DNA of 62,735 bases, the filler included, from Candidatus Tectimicrobiota bacterium (GTDB lineage Bacteria; JACPSX01), in the NCBI GenBank assembly GCA_016193065.1. It is 6 parts of 6 records of this genome, joined end to end, with 100 filler letters (N's around TTAATTAATTAA, not from the genome) between each part and the next. Parts side by side here need not be neighbours in the genome. Positions count along the whole stretch, not along the records: positions 37,703 to 52,882 come from JACPSX010000202.1; 5 more parts are not named here. The stretch is one strand, 5' to 3'. Shown piece after piece: positions 39,295 to 50,595 of this stretch. Position 1 is the stretch's first letter; every line of letters begins with the position of its first letter. The notes under the pieces were generated by a model. That model worked only from the letters and a program-made list of their open reading frames with translations. It was not told where the DNA came from and made no database searches. The translations under genes and the position numbers were made by a program.

Positions 39295-39416
39295 TTGGAG
39301 ATTTCCTCCTGTTGTACAGGTTGAAAAATAACTTATGGGAGACGCGTGTTTTGAGTGCAATTTCCCTTTGAAGGTACATTTAGATACCACAGAAGTGCCA
39401 CCCCTTGCAACCATTC

Positions 39417-40277
39417 TCAGCGGCCCAGGGCGATCCCGACGCCGCCCAGGACCACGAGCACGGCTCCCAGGATGACCCGCGCTGTGACGATCTCTATGTC
39501 TTTGAGGAAGATCATGGAGAGGAGAGCGGAAAACAGAGGGGAAGCATAAACCAGGGGGGTGACCACCGCCACCTCCCCGGTCTTCAAGGCCGAGAACATG
39601 AAGATGTAGGACAGTCCCCAAAACAGCCCTGAAGCCGCCAGGTCCCAAAAGCTCTTCCGGTTGCAAGAGAGGGTTCCGTGTCTGTAAAAAACTCCTGTGA
39701 TGGTCCACAGGAGAACGGCGGAAGTCGTGGCGGCCACAGCTCCTCCCAGGACAGGTGGAACGCCCTGGGTCAACCCTACTTTTGCCACTACGTCTCGACC
39801 TGCGAAGAGCAGGCCGGCACCCAGCGGGTAGATCAGGTCCTTCTTTTGCCACTGTTGTTCCCCCGTGCGGCTTTGGGAGAGAAGAATGAGACCCGCGACA
39901 ATGGAAACAGCTCCCAGCAGGACGAGCGATGTTGGCCTCTCTCCCAGGAGCGCAATGGCTAGAAGGGTGGAGAATAGGGGACTGGTGGCAACCACGGCCT
40001 GGGAACGAGAGACTCCGATCCGGCGGATCCCGGCCACTGCGAAAAACCGGGAAACCATCGGAACGAAGAGGCCGATCGAGCCAAAAATCAGCAGTGCAGC
40101 CGGCGGAAAGCGGATCGAAATCAGGTGCGGGATACTGAAAGGCAGGAGAACGAGGGAATTGACCGTGATATTGACCAGGGTTCCCGTGTACGTGTTGGAG
40201 GCGAGAATCCCCCTGCGCATGAAGACCCCGCCGATGCCGAAGCAAGCGGCCGACAGGATTGCGAGCAGGACGGTCAT
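39417..40277 (-). CDS. EamA/DMT family transporter
   Basis: Two EamA repeats, SPLFS...LGER / SPLFS...FLKD. Confidence 0.9.
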   Translation of the reverse strand: MTVLLAILSAACFGIGGVFMRRGILASNTYTGTLVNITVNSLVLLPFSIPHLISIRFPPAALLIFGSIGLFVPMVSRFFAVAGIRRIGVSRSQAVVATSPLFSTLLAIALLGERPTSLVLLGAVSIVAGLILLSQSRTGEQQWQKKDLIYPLGAGLLFAGRDVVAKVGLTQGVPPVLGGAVAATTSAVLLWTITGVFYRHGTLSCNRKSFWDLAASGLFWGLSYIFMFSALKTGEVAVVTPLVYASPLFSALLSMIFLKDIEIVTARVILGAVLVVLGGVGIALGR

Positions 40278-40336
40278 GTATCCTCATTTCCGGGAAAGGG
40301 ATCGATGGTTCAAGGCCGGTTAGATTGGAAAATGGA

Positions 40337-40618
40337 CTACCGGCCTACTGTTTTTACGGCATGGGCAAGTCGGCCCAGAAGATGTCTCAGATTTTTCAGA
40401 ATGACCCGCCGGCGGATGGCTTTGTCCAGATCTTCAAACGTGATCTGACCCGGATCATACCGTCCCCGCACAGACCCTGTCTTCAGGTCAACATCGATTT
40501 CACGGATTCCGAGCTCTTCCAGAGCCCGCTGCACCCGCAGGGCTCACAGGCCGCAAACCATCCCGGAGACGACCAGTTCGAGATTGTGCCGGGACGGGCT
40601 CTGGGCTTCTTCAATCAT
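40337..40618 (-). CDS. Heavy-metal-associated (CopZ/MerP-like) protein with in-frame TGA; candidate selenoprotein (CxxU)
   Basis: [13 protein letters not shown](40546-40544)[12 protein letters not shown]..IDVDL..G..YDP; the two in-frame ORF-track fragments join into one 93-aa HMA domain. Confidence 0.75.
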
Positions 40619-40706
40619 CTCAACCTTTGGGGTTACCCAAAGATTTCTCCAGTTCCACTTTGACACGGACACGATCCCTTCCGGGGGGAGATCAGGAAAA
40701 GATTTT

Positions 40707-41012
40707 TCAGGCGGACACCAGGACGTCTTCCCCCTCAACTTTCACCTGGAAGCACCTGAGTTCGGCGTCGGGATTCGTGATGCAGGCGCCGGTCGTGATG
40801 TCGTACTCCCAGCCGTGCCAGGGGCACGTAACGGTGGCCCCGTCCAGAGAGCCTTCCCCCAAGGGCCCTCCCCGGTGGAGACAGGTGTTGTGGATGGCAT
40901 AGAAGGTCCCATTGGTGCGGAAGAGGGCGATCTCCTCCCCGTTGGCGCTGACGACTTTCCCCGTTCCCTCCGGCACTTCGCTCACCCGGGCAACCCTGAC
41001 AAAGTTTCCCAT
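40707..41012 (-). CDS. Rieske [2Fe-2S] ferredoxin (NirD-like size)
   Basis: CLHRGGPL...CPWHGW; GGAGG RBS. Confidence 0.93.
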   Translation of the reverse strand: MGNFVRVARVSEVPEGTGKVVSANGEEIALFRTNGTFYAIHNTCLHRGGPLGEGSLDGATVTCPWHGWEYDITTGACITNPDAELRCFQVKVEGEDVLVSA

Positions 41013-41141
41013 GATCCCCCTCCGTAGAATTTTTCACCCCCTCCCTTCCCCTCCCACACCCAAAGGGTATGAACGATTATAACGAATCGCCCGCGTCATT
41101 GCCAACTGCCGACCTACAGGTTTACCGCGCCAACCCTGGAT

Positions 41142-41241
41142 GTAGGGGCACCTCTATGCCTGCCTGTGCCGACACGGCAGACAGGTCCGCACCTGCCTAC
41201 CGCCCCAGCGGGGCAGGCAGGCGCAGACAGGTGGGTGCCCT
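41142..41241. repeat. Nested REP-like palindromes
   Basis: GTAGGGGCACC...GGTGCCCT enclosing two CCTGCCT...AG(A/G)CAGG hairpins. Confidence 0.65.
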
Positions 41242-41242
41242 T

Positions 41243-41947
41243 TCACAGTCCCAGGTAGGCGCGCTTGACGTGGTCCGATTCCAGAAGTTCCTGACCGGTG
41301 CCGTTGAGAACGATGCGGCCGTTCTCAAGAACGTAAGCCCGATCCGCAATCGACAGGGCCCGGCGCACGTTCTGCTCGATCAGGAGCAGAGTGACCCCTT
41401 CCTCGTGGATGTGGCGAATCGTGTCGAAGATCTGCTGGACCAGGATCGGTGCCAGGCCCAGGGAAGGCTCGTCCAGCAGCAGCAGCCGCGGGCGCGCCAT
41501 GATCCCCCGGCCGATGGCCAGCATCTGCTGTTCGCCGCCGCTCAAGGTTTCCGCCATCTGCACCTCGCGCTCCTTGAGGCGGGGGAGGATCTTGTAGACT
41601 TGCTCCAGCGTCTCCCCCCGGTGCTTCTTGGCTTCCGAAATCATGGCACCCATCTCCAGGTTTTCCTTGACGGTCATCAGGGGGAAAAGACGCCGCCCTT
41701 CCGGGACGTGGGCGATGCCCCGGCTCGCCATCTCGTGGGCGGGTTTGTCATCGATCCGCTCCCCCTCAAACTCGATGCTTCCCCGGGCGGCTTTCAGGAG
41801 GCCTGAGATGGTCTTCACGGTGGTCGTCTTTCCGGCCCCGTTGGCCCCCACCAGGGTGACGATCTCCCCTTTGTTTACTTGCAGGGAAACGTTCCAGAGG
41901 GCCTGAACGTCCCCGTAATAGACGTCGATTCCCCCGATCTTAAGCAT
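41243..41947 (-). CDS. livF: Branched-chain amino acid ABC ATP-binding protein
   Basis: GANGAGKTT, VPEGRRLF, LSGGEQQMLA, DEPSLGLAP. Confidence 0.93.
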   Translation of the reverse strand: MLKIGGIDVYYGDVQALWNVSLQVNKGEIVTLVGANGAGKTTTVKTISGLLKAARGSIEFEGERIDDKPAHEMASRGIAHVPEGRRLFPLMTVKENLEMGAMISEAKKHRGETLEQVYKILPRLKEREVQMAETLSGGEQQMLAIGRGIMARPRLLLLDEPSLGLAPILVQQIFDTIRHIHEEGVTLLLIEQNVRRALSIADRAYVLENGRIVLNGTGQELLESDHVKRAYLGL

Positions 41948-42671
41948 AGGCTTCTCCGAGATAGGCTTCGATGACTTTGGGATTCCGGGAGATTTCGGCC
42001 GGGGAGCCTTCGGCAATTTTCTCGCCAAAATTTATGACGACGATGCGGTGGGAAATGGACATGATCACGCGCATGACGTGCTCGACGCCGGCCACAGCGG
42101 AGATCCCCCGGTCCCGCAAGCGCTGGATGAGGGAAATCACCTCCTCGGTTTCCGTAGGGTTCAAGCCGGACACCACTTCGTCCAGGAGAATGAGACTGGG
42201 TTTCGTGGCCAGAGCCCGGGTAAGCTCCAGGCGTTTGCGACCGGCCAAGGTCAGATCCTTGGCGAGCATGTCCTTCTGGGGCAGGAGGCCGGTAAACGAG
42301 AGGAGTTCCAGGGATTCCTGGCGAGCGCTCTCCTTGCTGCCCAGGTGGGCAAAAGCGCCCACCATGACGTTTTCCAGGACTGTCATTTTTCCCAGGGGTT
42401 TGACGACCTGGAAGGTGCGGGCGATCCCCCGGTGGCAAATGGTGTGGGGCTTGCGGCCCACGATGTTCTCCCCGCGAAAGATGATCTCTCCCGAAGTGGG
42501 GTGGTAGAAGCCTGTGATCAGGTTAAAGAGCGTTGTTTTTCCGGCCCCGTTGGGGCCGATGAGGCCCAGGATCTCCCCTTCCTCCAGCGTGAAATTCAGC
42601 CCTTTGACGGCCCACAGCCCTCCGAACTGCTTGCTCAAGTTTCGCACTTCCAGCAAGGGCGCCATCTTCAT
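41940..42671 (-). CDS. livG: Branched-chain amino acid ABC ATP-binding protein
   Basis: GPNGAGKTT, GIARTFQ, VIEAYLG. Confidence 0.93.
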   Translation of the reverse strand: MKMAPLLEVRNLSKQFGGLWAVKGLNFTLEEGEILGLIGPNGAGKTTLFNLITGFYHPTSGEIIFRGENIVGRKPHTICHRGIARTFQVVKPLGKMTVLENVMVGAFAHLGSKESARQESLELLSFTGLLPQKDMLAKDLTLAGRKRLELTRALATKPSLILLDEVVSGLNPTETEEVISLIQRLRDRGISAVAGVEHVMRVIMSISHRIVVINFGEKIAEGSPAEISRNPKVIEAYLGEAYA

Positions 42672-43621
42672 GCCCTCCCGGTAGCGGCCCCGCGGCTGGG
42701 ACGCAGGCGCTTCTGGAGGCTCCCCACGATCCCCTCGGGCAAGAAGAGGATGACCAGGATGATGAGAATCCCGTAAATCAGCAGATTGGCCGCGGCAAAG
42801 ACACTTCTCATGATTTCGGAGGCGATGACGACGATGAATGCTCCGACGACGGGGCCTCCCAGAGTGCCCACTCCTCCCAGGACGGCGACCAGGATCATGG
42901 CAATAGACACATCGACGATGGAGAACACAATGGGAGGATCGATGTAGCCCATGTAGTTGGCGTAAAAGCTCCCGGCCATGCCCGTGAAGAAGGCACTGAT
43001 GATCAGGGCCTTGATCTTTGTCCCCGTAGTGTTGATCCCCAGTGCTTCCGCCGCATCCTGGTCTTCCCGCACTGCCACCAGGTAGAACCCTAATTTGGAA
43101 CTCGTTGCCACGGAAATCACCCAAAGGGTGATGAGGACGATTCCGAGGCCGATGTAATAAAAGGGGACTTTGCTCAGGAATACCGGTGGAAGCAGAATTC
43201 CCACGGCTCCCTCGGTGAGGGATCTCCAGTTCAAAGCCACCAGGCGCAGGGCCTCGGAAAGGGCAAGAACCGAAAGAGCGAAGAAGGGCCCGCGCAGGCG
43301 GAAGCAGATCCAGCCGATGGGAATGGAGAGGAGCGCCCCCGCCACACCTCCCAGGACCATGCCGATCCAGGGAGAAATCCCTGCTTTGACGAAGAGCAGG
43401 GAAGAGGTATAGGCACCGACGCCAAAAAAAGCAGCGTGACCGAAGGATACCTGGCCCCCGTACCCTCCCAAGAGATTCCAACTGCTGCCCAGGATCACCC
43501 ACACGAAAAAGAAGATGGCCATATGGAGAAAATAGGGGTCACGCACTGCAACGGGAAAGAGGAGAACAACGGCCAGGAAGACCAGCAGCGGGATCTGAGC
43601 AGGTTCGATTTTCCCCTTCAC
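42668..43621 (-). CDS. livM: Branched-chain amino acid ABC permease
   Basis: [36 protein letters not shown] 43621 overlapping the livH stop. Confidence 0.9.
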   Translation of the reverse strand: MKGKIEPAQIPLLVFLAVVLLFPVAVRDPYFLHMAIFFFVWVILGSSWNLLGGYGGQVSFGHAAFFGVGAYTSSLLFVKAGISPWIGMVLGGVAGALLSIPIGWICFRLRGPFFALSVLALSEALRLVALNWRSLTEGAVGILLPPVFLSKVPFYYIGLGIVLITLWVISVATSSKLGFYLVAVREDQDAAEALGINTTGTKIKALIISAFFTGMAGSFYANYMGYIDPPIVFSIVDVSIAMILVAVLGGVGTLGGPVVGAFIVVIASEIMRSVFAAANLLIYGILIILVILFLPEGIVGSLQKRLRPSRGAATGRA

Positions 43622-44455
43622 ATGCGCGCCCTCCCCGCCAAGCCTGCGGGCCGGAAGATCAGGAACAGGACGAAGATGATGAAGCCGATGGCGTCCTTGT
43701 ACCCGGTGGAAACGTAGACGGCTCCCAGGGACTCGGCGATTCCCAGGGTGATTCCGCCAAGCAGAGCCCCCAGCGTGCTTCCCAATCCTCCCAGGGTCAC
43801 CACGATGAAAGCCTTCAGCGTGAAGATCCCCCCCAGGGCTGGGAAGAGGTAGTAAACCAGGATCAGCAGGGAGCCGGCTGCCCCTTCCAGAGCAGCCCCG
43901 ATGCCGAAGGTCACTACGGAGGTTCTCTCGACGTTGATCCCGACCAGCTTGGCGGCCTCGCTGTCCTGGGCCGTGGCCCGGATCGTCTTGCCCAGGTCTG
44001 TTTTCATCAGAGGCCAGGGTCAACGGGAAGCTGATGTCGAAAAGACCCAGGGAGATGACCCTGGCAGAGTAGGTGGTGCTGACGGTGCGGTAATTGGAGG
44101 TGAACAACAAAAGGGCGGCGTTGGTGAGCACCAGTCCCACCCCCACGGTGAGCAAGATCTGGTTCTCCGCGGGAGCCTTGGCGCGATTGAGAGGGGTCAA
44201 GAGAAAACGGTGAATGAGGACCCCCAGGATAAAGAGGAAGGGAATGGTGATCACAGGGGAAAGCAAGGGGTCCATTTTCAACAGGGTGAAGAGCCAGAAG
44301 CAGACATACATGCCGATCATCAGGAGCTCACCCTGGGCCAAATTGATGATCCGCAGGACCCCGAAGTTAATGGCCATTCCCATACCGATGAGCCCGTAGA
44401 GCCCTCCGACCATGATCCCGGCAACCAGCGTCTGCAAAAAGATCGTCCAATCCAT
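43618..44455 (-). pseudogene. livH: LivH permease, frameshifted near 44010 (deletion or assembly error)
   Basis: N-half (GVLRIINLAQGE) and C-half ([26 protein letters not shown]) are in different frames; the intervening TM segment is missing. Confidence 0.8.
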
Positions 44456-44509
44456 TCTCGGATCCTTTAGATAGCAGGGTCAGGCTTGGGTTGAGAGCTG
44501 GATAAACCA

Positions 44510-44538
44510 AGGCAGCCGGGGCCCTGCCCCGGCTGCCT
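44510..44538 (-). terminator. Stem-loop after the substrate-binding gene (attenuating or mRNA-stabilising)
   Basis: 12-bp stem AGGCAGCCGGGG/CCCCGGCTGCCT. Confidence 0.6.
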
Positions 44539-44560
44539 CAATCACAGGTTTGGCCCCCGG

Positions 44561-45769
44561 CTACGGCTTTGTTCCCGGATACACATAGGGGGCTGCGGCA
44601 TACTCTTTAGGCCATACAGTAACCAGCTTCCCCTTCAGGATCTGCACAAGGAGAGTCGGAAGGCGATTCTGATTCGTGTGTTTCCCGTAGGCCACGAACT
44701 TAATGGGGCCAAAGGGGGTCATGAGGTTGGTTTCCGAGAGGACCTTGCGCAGGTCTTCATTTTTCAGGGAAACCGTGCGCTCCAGGACGTCCCGGAGGAC
44801 GTACGCTGCCGCATACCCTTCGGTCGAGTGATATTCCGGGTGGACCTTGTACTTCTGGTTATATTTCTCGTAGAACTCCTTGGTCCCAGGGTACTTTACG
44901 TCCGGAGCCCAGAGAGTTGCCGAGACCAGGTTCTCGGCTGCTGCTCCGGCTCCCTGGACGAACTCGGGCATAGTGAAACCCGCGGCCCCGCCCGCGAAGA
45001 GCTTCGGGGCCAGTCCCACCTCGCGGGATTGCTTCATAAGCTGCAGAGCGTCGAGCAGGTAAGAGACCATGTAGACCACATCGGGGTTCTTGGCCTTTAC
45101 TTTCAGGAGCAAGGGTTTGAAGTCAATGCCACCCGCCTCGTAAGGCTCGAAATTCGTGATCTCCACCTTTTGTTGATCGGCCCACTCTTTCATGGCCTTC
45201 GAGGTGCTGGTTCCAAACAACGTATTCTCGAAGATGATCGCCATGCTCTTGGGCTTGACCACCTGGAAAAGGAACTCTTGCAAGGCCCCGGCGTATTCAC
45301 TGGCCGGGGGGTTGATCCGGAACACCCATTTCCATCCTTGCTGGGTGACGTTGTCGGCCGCCCCGGTCTGGGTGAGATAGGGAATTTGATAGTTGTTAAT
45401 GGTCCCGGCCACCGCGTACACGTTGGAGCTGCTATATTCGCCCACAATCATGGGGACTTTGTCCCTGGTAATCAGCTTTTCCACCGCCGCCTTGGCCACG
45501 TCCGGTTTGCTCTGGGTGTCCTCGATAAGGAACTCAATTGTCCTGCCTTTATAGGGACCCTTGCGGATTCCTCCCTGGGCGTTAATCTCCTCAAGGGCCA
45601 TCAGGTAGGCGTTGCGGATCGCCTCGCCAAACTTGGCGTGAATGCCCGTCAACGGCAAAGGAAGCCCGATCTTGATTGATTCGGCCCCCCACGCGGCAGG
45701 CACGAGCCCTTGAAAGCCGATCAAGCTCACGACCGCGAGCCCTGCCAGGCACCATTTCCATCTCTTCAT
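44561..45769 (-). CDS. LivK/LivJ-type ABC substrate-binding protein
   Basis: Signal peptide, IKIGLPLPLTG, EEINAQGG, FRINP. Confidence 0.92.
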   Translation of the reverse strand: MKRWKWCLAGLAVVSLIGFQGLVPAAWGAESIKIGLPLPLTGIHAKFGEAIRNAYLMALEEINAQGGIRKGPYKGRTIEFLIEDTQSKPDVAKAAVEKLITRDKVPMIVGEYSSSNVYAVAGTINNYQIPYLTQTGAADNVTQQGWKWVFRINPPASEYAGALQEFLFQVVKPKSMAIIFENTLFGTSTSKAMKEWADQQKVEITNFEPYEAGGIDFKPLLLKVKAKNPDVVYMVSYLLDALQLMKQSREVGLAPKLFAGGAAGFTMPEFVQGAGAAAENLVSATLWAPDVKYPGTKEFYEKYNQKYKVHPEYHSTEGYAAAYVLRDVLERTVSLKNEDLRKVLSETNLMTPFGPIKFVAYGKHTNQNRLPTLLVQILKGKLVTVWPKEYAAAPYVYPGTKP

Positions 45770-45941
45770 GACCGCACCTCCTACAAAAAGGGGAAAGTTT
45801 TGTTCCCCTCCATCCTTGATGAAATATAGGTCCCCTCCGGGGATGTGCGCTAATCCATCTTTTTATATCATAAGACAGGCCCATATTTCCAGAGTTTTAG
45901 CCCCTTTTTCCTGTGGTCCCGGCCCAAATCGGATGCCGTTT

Positions 45942-48900
45942 TCAGGGCCGCAGCGGTGCGGGCTTGTGCGTCCTTTCTTCCGGGCTCTTCCGCTCGCTCA
46001 TGTAGTAGAGGACCGGGACGGCCATGCGGGAAAGCAGCGTGGAGGCCACTTCGCCGGCCATGAGAGAGATGGCCAGGCCCTGGAAGATCGGGTCAAACAG
46101 GATGACGAAGGCGCCCACCACGACGGCTGCGGCCGTCAGCAGCATGGGCCGGAAGCGCACGGCCCCGGCGTCAATGACGGCCTCCTCCAGGCTCATTCCC
46201 TGCTCCCGGCGCAGCTTCACGAAGTCCACCAGGATGATCGAGTTGCGCACGATGATCCCGGCCCCGGCGATGAAGCCGATCATGGAGGTGGCGGTGAAGA
46301 AGGCCCCCAGGAGAGCATGGGCCGGCAGGATGCCCACCAGCGTCAGGGGGATCGGCGCCATGATGACCAGAGGGGTCTTGAAGGAGCGGAACCACCCCAC
46401 CACCAGGACGTAGATGAGGATCAGGACCGTGCCGAAGGCGATGCCGAGATCCCGGAAGACTTCGTAGGTGATCTGCCACTCGCCGTCCCACTTCATGGCG
46501 ATTTTCTCGGTCAGGAAGGGCTGCTGGGCGCTGTAGCGCTTGATCTCGTAGCCCTCGGGGATCTTCAGGTTCTTGATGGCCCGGTTCAAGTTCAGAATCG
46601 CGTAGACCGGGCTCTCGTCCTTTCCCGCCACGTCGCCGGTCACGTAGACGACCCGCTTCAGGTTCTTGCGGTAGACCTGGGGGGGTTGGGTGGTCTCCTG
46701 AGTCTGGACTAGTTCCCGCAAGGGGATCATGCGGCCCTGGGGGGACAGGATCTGCAGGGAGCTGAGGTCGGCCACACTGGAGCGCTGCGGGCGGGCCAGC
46801 CGCACCCAGATGGGGACGTCTTCTTTTTCTTCGGGGATGTGAGCCAGACCCGCGGCTTCCCCTTCCACGCCGATCTTCATGGCCCCCAGGATCTGCTCCG
46901 TGCTGATGCCGTTCAGTGCGGCTTTCTCCTTGTCCACGATCAGGCGGACCTTGGGCTGTGGGTCTTCCACGTACCAGTCCACGTCCACGACCCCGGGAGT
47001 CTTCTCGAAAACTTCCTTGATCTGTCCGGCCACCTCGATCTGCCTCTGGTAGTCGGGGCCGTACACTTCGGCCACCAGGGTCTGCAGGACCGGCGGGCCC
47101 GGCGGGATCTCGGAGATTTTCACCCGGGCCCCGTAGGGGCGGGCGATCCGGTCGATTTCCGGGCGCACCCGCTTGGCGATGTCGTGACTCTGGAAAGAGC
47201 GCTCCCCTTTCGGCAGCAGGTTCACCTGAATGTCCGCCGTGTGCGGGCTCTGGCGCAGGAAGTAGTGACGCACGAGGCCGTTGAAGTTGTAAGGGGAAGA
47301 GGTCCCCACGTACATCTCGTAGTCGGTGACCTCCGGCACGCGGCCCAGATAGTTCCCGATGGCGCGGGTGACCTGCGCCGTTTCCTCCAAGGGAGTTCCT
47401 TCCGGCATGTCGATGATCACCTGGAATTCGCTCTTGTTGTCGAAGGGGAGCATCTTCACGGTAACGACCTTGGTGAAGACGAGGGCAACCGCGGCCAGGA
47501 GCAGCACGACGACCCCAGCCAGAAACAGGAGGCGTATCCCCGGGCGCTCCAGGAGCGGAGTCATCAGACGGCGGTAGAGTCGTGTGGTCCAATCTTCTTT
47601 CCCTTCGTGCCCGTGTTCCCCGTGAGGGCGCAGGACCCGGCGCGCGGCCCAGGGGGAGATGACGAAGGCGATGAACAGGGAGAACAGCATGGCCATGGAA
47701 GCCCCCACCGGGATCGGCCTCATGTAGGGACCCATGAGCCCGCCCACGAAGGCCATGGGGAGGATGGCGGCAATGACGGTCCAGGTGGCCAGGATCGTGG
47801 GGTTGCCCACTTCCGCCACGGCTTCCACGGCCACGTCGGCGGCGGGCCGGCCCTTGTTCTCCGGCAGGTGGGAATGGCGGGTGATGTTCTCCACCACCAC
47901 GATGGCGTCGTCCACGAGAATGCCGATGGAAAAGATGAGGGCGAACAGGGTGACCCGGTTCAGCGTGTATCCGTAGATGTAGTAAATGAAAAGGGTGAGG
48001 GCCAACGTCACAGGGATCGCAATGAGCACCACGAGGGAAGATCGCCACCCCAGGGCGAGCGCGATCAGAATCGTCACCGAGATCGTGGCCAGCAGCAGGT
48101 GCTCCAGAAGCTCGTTGGACTTCTCCTGGGCCGTCTCCCCGTAGTTGCGGGTGATGGTCACCTGGAGATCGGAAGGAATTAAGCGGCCGCGCAGGTCGTT
48201 CACCTTCTCCAGCACGTGGTTCGCGATGACGACAGCGTTGGTCCCCTTGCGCTTGGCCACCGCGAGGGTCACGGCCGGAAAAGCTTTATCCTGCGATGCG
48301 GTCAGGCGCACGCCTTTTTTCGCGGCGGCGGGTCCCAGACCCAGCAAAACGTAGTTCCTGGGTTCCTCGGGCCCGTCGACCACCTGGGCCACGTCCCGCA
48401 GGTACACGGGCCGTCCCGAGGAAGAGCCCACCACCAGGTTTCCGACCTCCTCCGCGCTTTTCAGGAAGATTCCGGTCTCTACCAAGACCTCCCGGTTTCC
48501 CGACGTGAAGCTCCCGGTGGCCACTTCGCGGTTGGAGGCCCCGAGGGCGCCCACCACACGTAGCGGGTCCAGGTGGTAGGCGGCCAGGCGGGCCGGGTCC
48601 AGCAGGACCTTCACCTGCCGCCGCTCGCCGCCGATGATCCGGGTCTCGGAGACGTCGGCAATGTTCTTGATCTGGTCGTCAAGCTGGGCGGCCACGCGGC
48701 GCAAGGTGCTCCCGTCGTACGCGGGCCCCCACAGGGTCAGGGACAGGATCGGCACGTCGTCGATGGAGCGCGGCTTGATGAGCGGCTGGGAAGCCCCCTG
48801 GGGGATCAGATCGAAGTTCGAGTACATCTTGTTGTAGAGGCGCACCAGGGCGTCTTCTTCCTTTTGCCCCACGTAGAAGCGGACGATGGCCATGCTCATG

Positions 48901-49181
48901 CCCGGGCCCGTGGTGGAGTAGACGTATTCCACGCCCGGAATCTCCCAGAGCTTTTTCTCCATGGGGATCGTGACGCGCTCCTCCACTTCCTTGATGCTCG
49001 CCCCGGGCATCTGTACGAAAACATCGGCCATGGGGACGACGATCTGGGGCTCCTCCTCCCGCGGGGTGCCGAGAATGGCGAAGACGCCCAGAAGAAGCGA
49101 AGCTACGATGATCAGGGGAGTGAGCTTGGATTCGATGAACGCGTGGGCGGTTTTTCCCGCCAGTCCGAGTTTGCCGCTCAT
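45942..49181 (-). CDS. RND efflux permease (AcrB/AcrD/AcrF family)
   Basis: [32 protein letters not shown]. Confidence 0.95.
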   Translation of the reverse strand: MSGKLGLAGKTAHAFIESKLTPLIIVASLLLGVFAILGTPREEEPQIVVPMADVFVQMPGASIKEVEERVTIPMEKKLWEIPGVEYVYSTTGPGMSMAIVRFYVGQKEEDALVRLYNKMYSNFDLIPQGASQPLIKPRSIDDVPILSLTLWGPAYDGSTLRRVAAQLDDQIKNIADVSETRIIGGERRQVKVLLDPARLAAYHLDPLRVVGALGASNREVATGSFTSGNREVLVETGIFLKSAEEVGNLVVGSSSGRPVYLRDVAQVVDGPEEPRNYVLLGLGPAAAKKGVRLTASQDKAFPAVTLAVAKRKGTNAVVIANHVLEKVNDLRGRLIPSDLQVTITRNYGETAQEKSNELLEHLLLATISVTILIALALGWRSSLVVLIAIPVTLALTLFIYYIYGYTLNRVTLFALIFSIGILVDDAIVVVENITRHSHLPENKGRPAADVAVEAVAEVGNPTILATWTVIAAILPMAFVGGLMGPYMRPIPVGASMAMLFSLFIAFVISPWAARRVLRPHGEHGHEGKEDWTTRLYRRLMTPLLERPGIRLLFLAGVVVLLLAAVALVFTKVVTVKMLPFDNKSEFQVIIDMPEGTPLEETAQVTRAIGNYLGRVPEVTDYEMYVGTSSPYNFNGLVRHYFLRQSPHTADIQVNLLPKGERSFQSHDIAKRVRPEIDRIARPYGARVKISEIPPGPPVLQTLVAEVYGPDYQRQIEVAGQIKEVFEKTPGVVDVDWYVEDPQPKVRLIVDKEKAALNGISTEQILGAMKIGVEGEAAGLAHIPEEKEDVPIWVRLARPQRSSVADLSSLQILSPQGRMIPLRELVQTQETTQPPQVYRKNLKRVVYVTGDVAGKDESPVYAILNLNRAIKNLKIPEGYEIKRYSAQQPFLTEKIAMKWDGEWQITYEVFRDLGIAFGTVLILIYVLVVGWFRSFKTPLVIMAPIPLTLVGILPAHALLGAFFTATSMIGFIAGAGIIVRNSIILVDFVKLRREQGMSLEEAVIDAGAVRFRPMLLTAAAVVVGAFVILFDPIFQGLAISLMAGEVASTLLSRMAVPVLYYMSERKSPEERTHKPAPLRP

Positions 49182-50392
49182 GGCAGGGCCTGCACGCGGC
49201 CGCCGTCTGCGGCCCTGGAGACCTCGCTCGTGAGGATTCGCTCACCGGCGGCGAGCCCGGAGAGAATTTCGATCCGGCCGTCGTACGTCGCGCCTGTCTT
49301 GACCAGCCTCAGGCGGGCCGTATTTTGGCCGTCCACCACGAAGACCCCCTGGAGTTGTCCCCGGGTGACCAGTGCTCCGGCGGGGATCAGCACGGCTTCC
49401 TTCCGTTCCCGGGGAAAGCTGGCCGTGCCGTACAGCCCCGAGCGCAAAGAGGGGAGCGGGGGGAGATCGATCTTCACCGTGAAGGTGCGGCTGGCGGGGT
49501 CTGCGGCCGGGACGATCTCGGCCACCCGGCCCGAGAGATTCTTCTCTCCCAGCGCATCAATTTGAACCGCGACCGCCTGTCCCCGCCGGACGGTGGCGAT
49601 TTCCGTTTCTCCCACGCCGGCTTCCAGCCGGTGATGTCCCGTCTCTTCCATGACGATCAAGGGACGGCCGGGAGCGGCCATGTCCCCCACCTCGGCTTTC
49701 TTCTCCAGAATCTGCCCGCGAAACGGGGCCACGACTGTGGCGTAGCCGAGAGCCACGCGCGCCGCGCCGGTCTCCGCCTGGGCCTGGGCGATGCGTGCTT
49801 CCACCTGCTTCTTGCGGGCTTCCAGGGAGAGAATTCGCGCCCTGGCCTGTTCCACCTGCGCTTCCGCGGCCCGGGCCTTGGCCTGCACTCCTTCGTATTC
49901 ATGCGGGCTCACCGATTTTTCCTGGAAGAGCTGGCTGTAGCGTGAGAGTGTAGCGGCGGCATACTGGCGGTTCGCTTCAGTTCCGCTGAGGGCGGCTGCA
50001 GCCTCGCGCAGGGACTGGTCCACCTCATCGATTCCCCGGCGGGCCTCATCAAGCGCTGCCTCGGCTCTGCGAACTTGGGCCGCCAGGTCTCTGTCGTCAA
50101 TCACCGCCAGCACTTCTCCGGCGGAAACAATGGCACCTTCCCGGGCCCAGAGTTCCTTCACGGTGCCGAGAATCCGGGAGGAGACCTCGGCCGTCGTCCT
50201 GGCCTTCACGGTTCCCACCGCCCAGAACGCATCGGGGACGGAGGTTTTTGCAACTGTCTCCACTCGTGCTTGCAGGGCCGTAGAGACCTGGGGCTCCGGA
50301 GGCCGCGGCTCCTCCTTACGGCACCCGAAGAGGGTGAGGATGAGCACAGCCAGGAGGAAAACGTATGAAAGATTCCGGTATGAGGGACGCAT
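49178..50392 (-). CDS. RND periplasmic adaptor (MFP) subunit, lipoprotein
   Basis: LFGC lipobox, APFRG, DPASRTF; ATG 50392 preferred to 50599. Confidence 0.9.
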   Translation of the reverse strand: MRPSYRNLSYVFLLAVLILTLFGCRKEEPRPPEPQVSTALQARVETVAKTSVPDAFWAVGTVKARTTAEVSSRILGTVKELWAREGAIVSAGEVLAVIDDRDLAAQVRRAEAALDEARRGIDEVDQSLREAAAALSGTEANRQYAAATLSRYSQLFQEKSVSPHEYEGVQAKARAAEAQVEQARARILSLEARKKQVEARIAQAQAETGAARVALGYATVVAPFRGQILEKKAEVGDMAAPGRPLIVMEETGHHRLEAGVGETEIATVRRGQAVAVQIDALGEKNLSGRVAEIVPAADPASRTFTVKIDLPPLPSLRSGLYGTASFPRERKEAVLIPAGALVTRGQLQGVFVVDGQNTARLRLVKTGATYDGRIEILSGLAAGERILTSEVSRAADGGRVQALP

Positions 50393-50595
50393 CCTCGTCT
50401 CCTGAGTCGGAATTCCCCGCACTAAAATCCCCTCTCCCCCGTGGGGGAGAGGATTAAGGTGAGGGGGCGCTCCGACTGTGTCTACCCCCTCTCTCGAGGG
50501 AGAGGGAATCCGAACTCTTTCCTCTCCCCCACGGGGGAGAGGGCCAGGGTGAAGGGGCAAGAACGCCCTTGCGGATAAAGTTGAGAGGCGTGACA

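Noticed and set aside
39295-40287. Apparent 331-aa N-terminal extension of Acs
   Set aside because: Alternate frame of the DMT gene; Acs has its own RBS and ATG at 39294.
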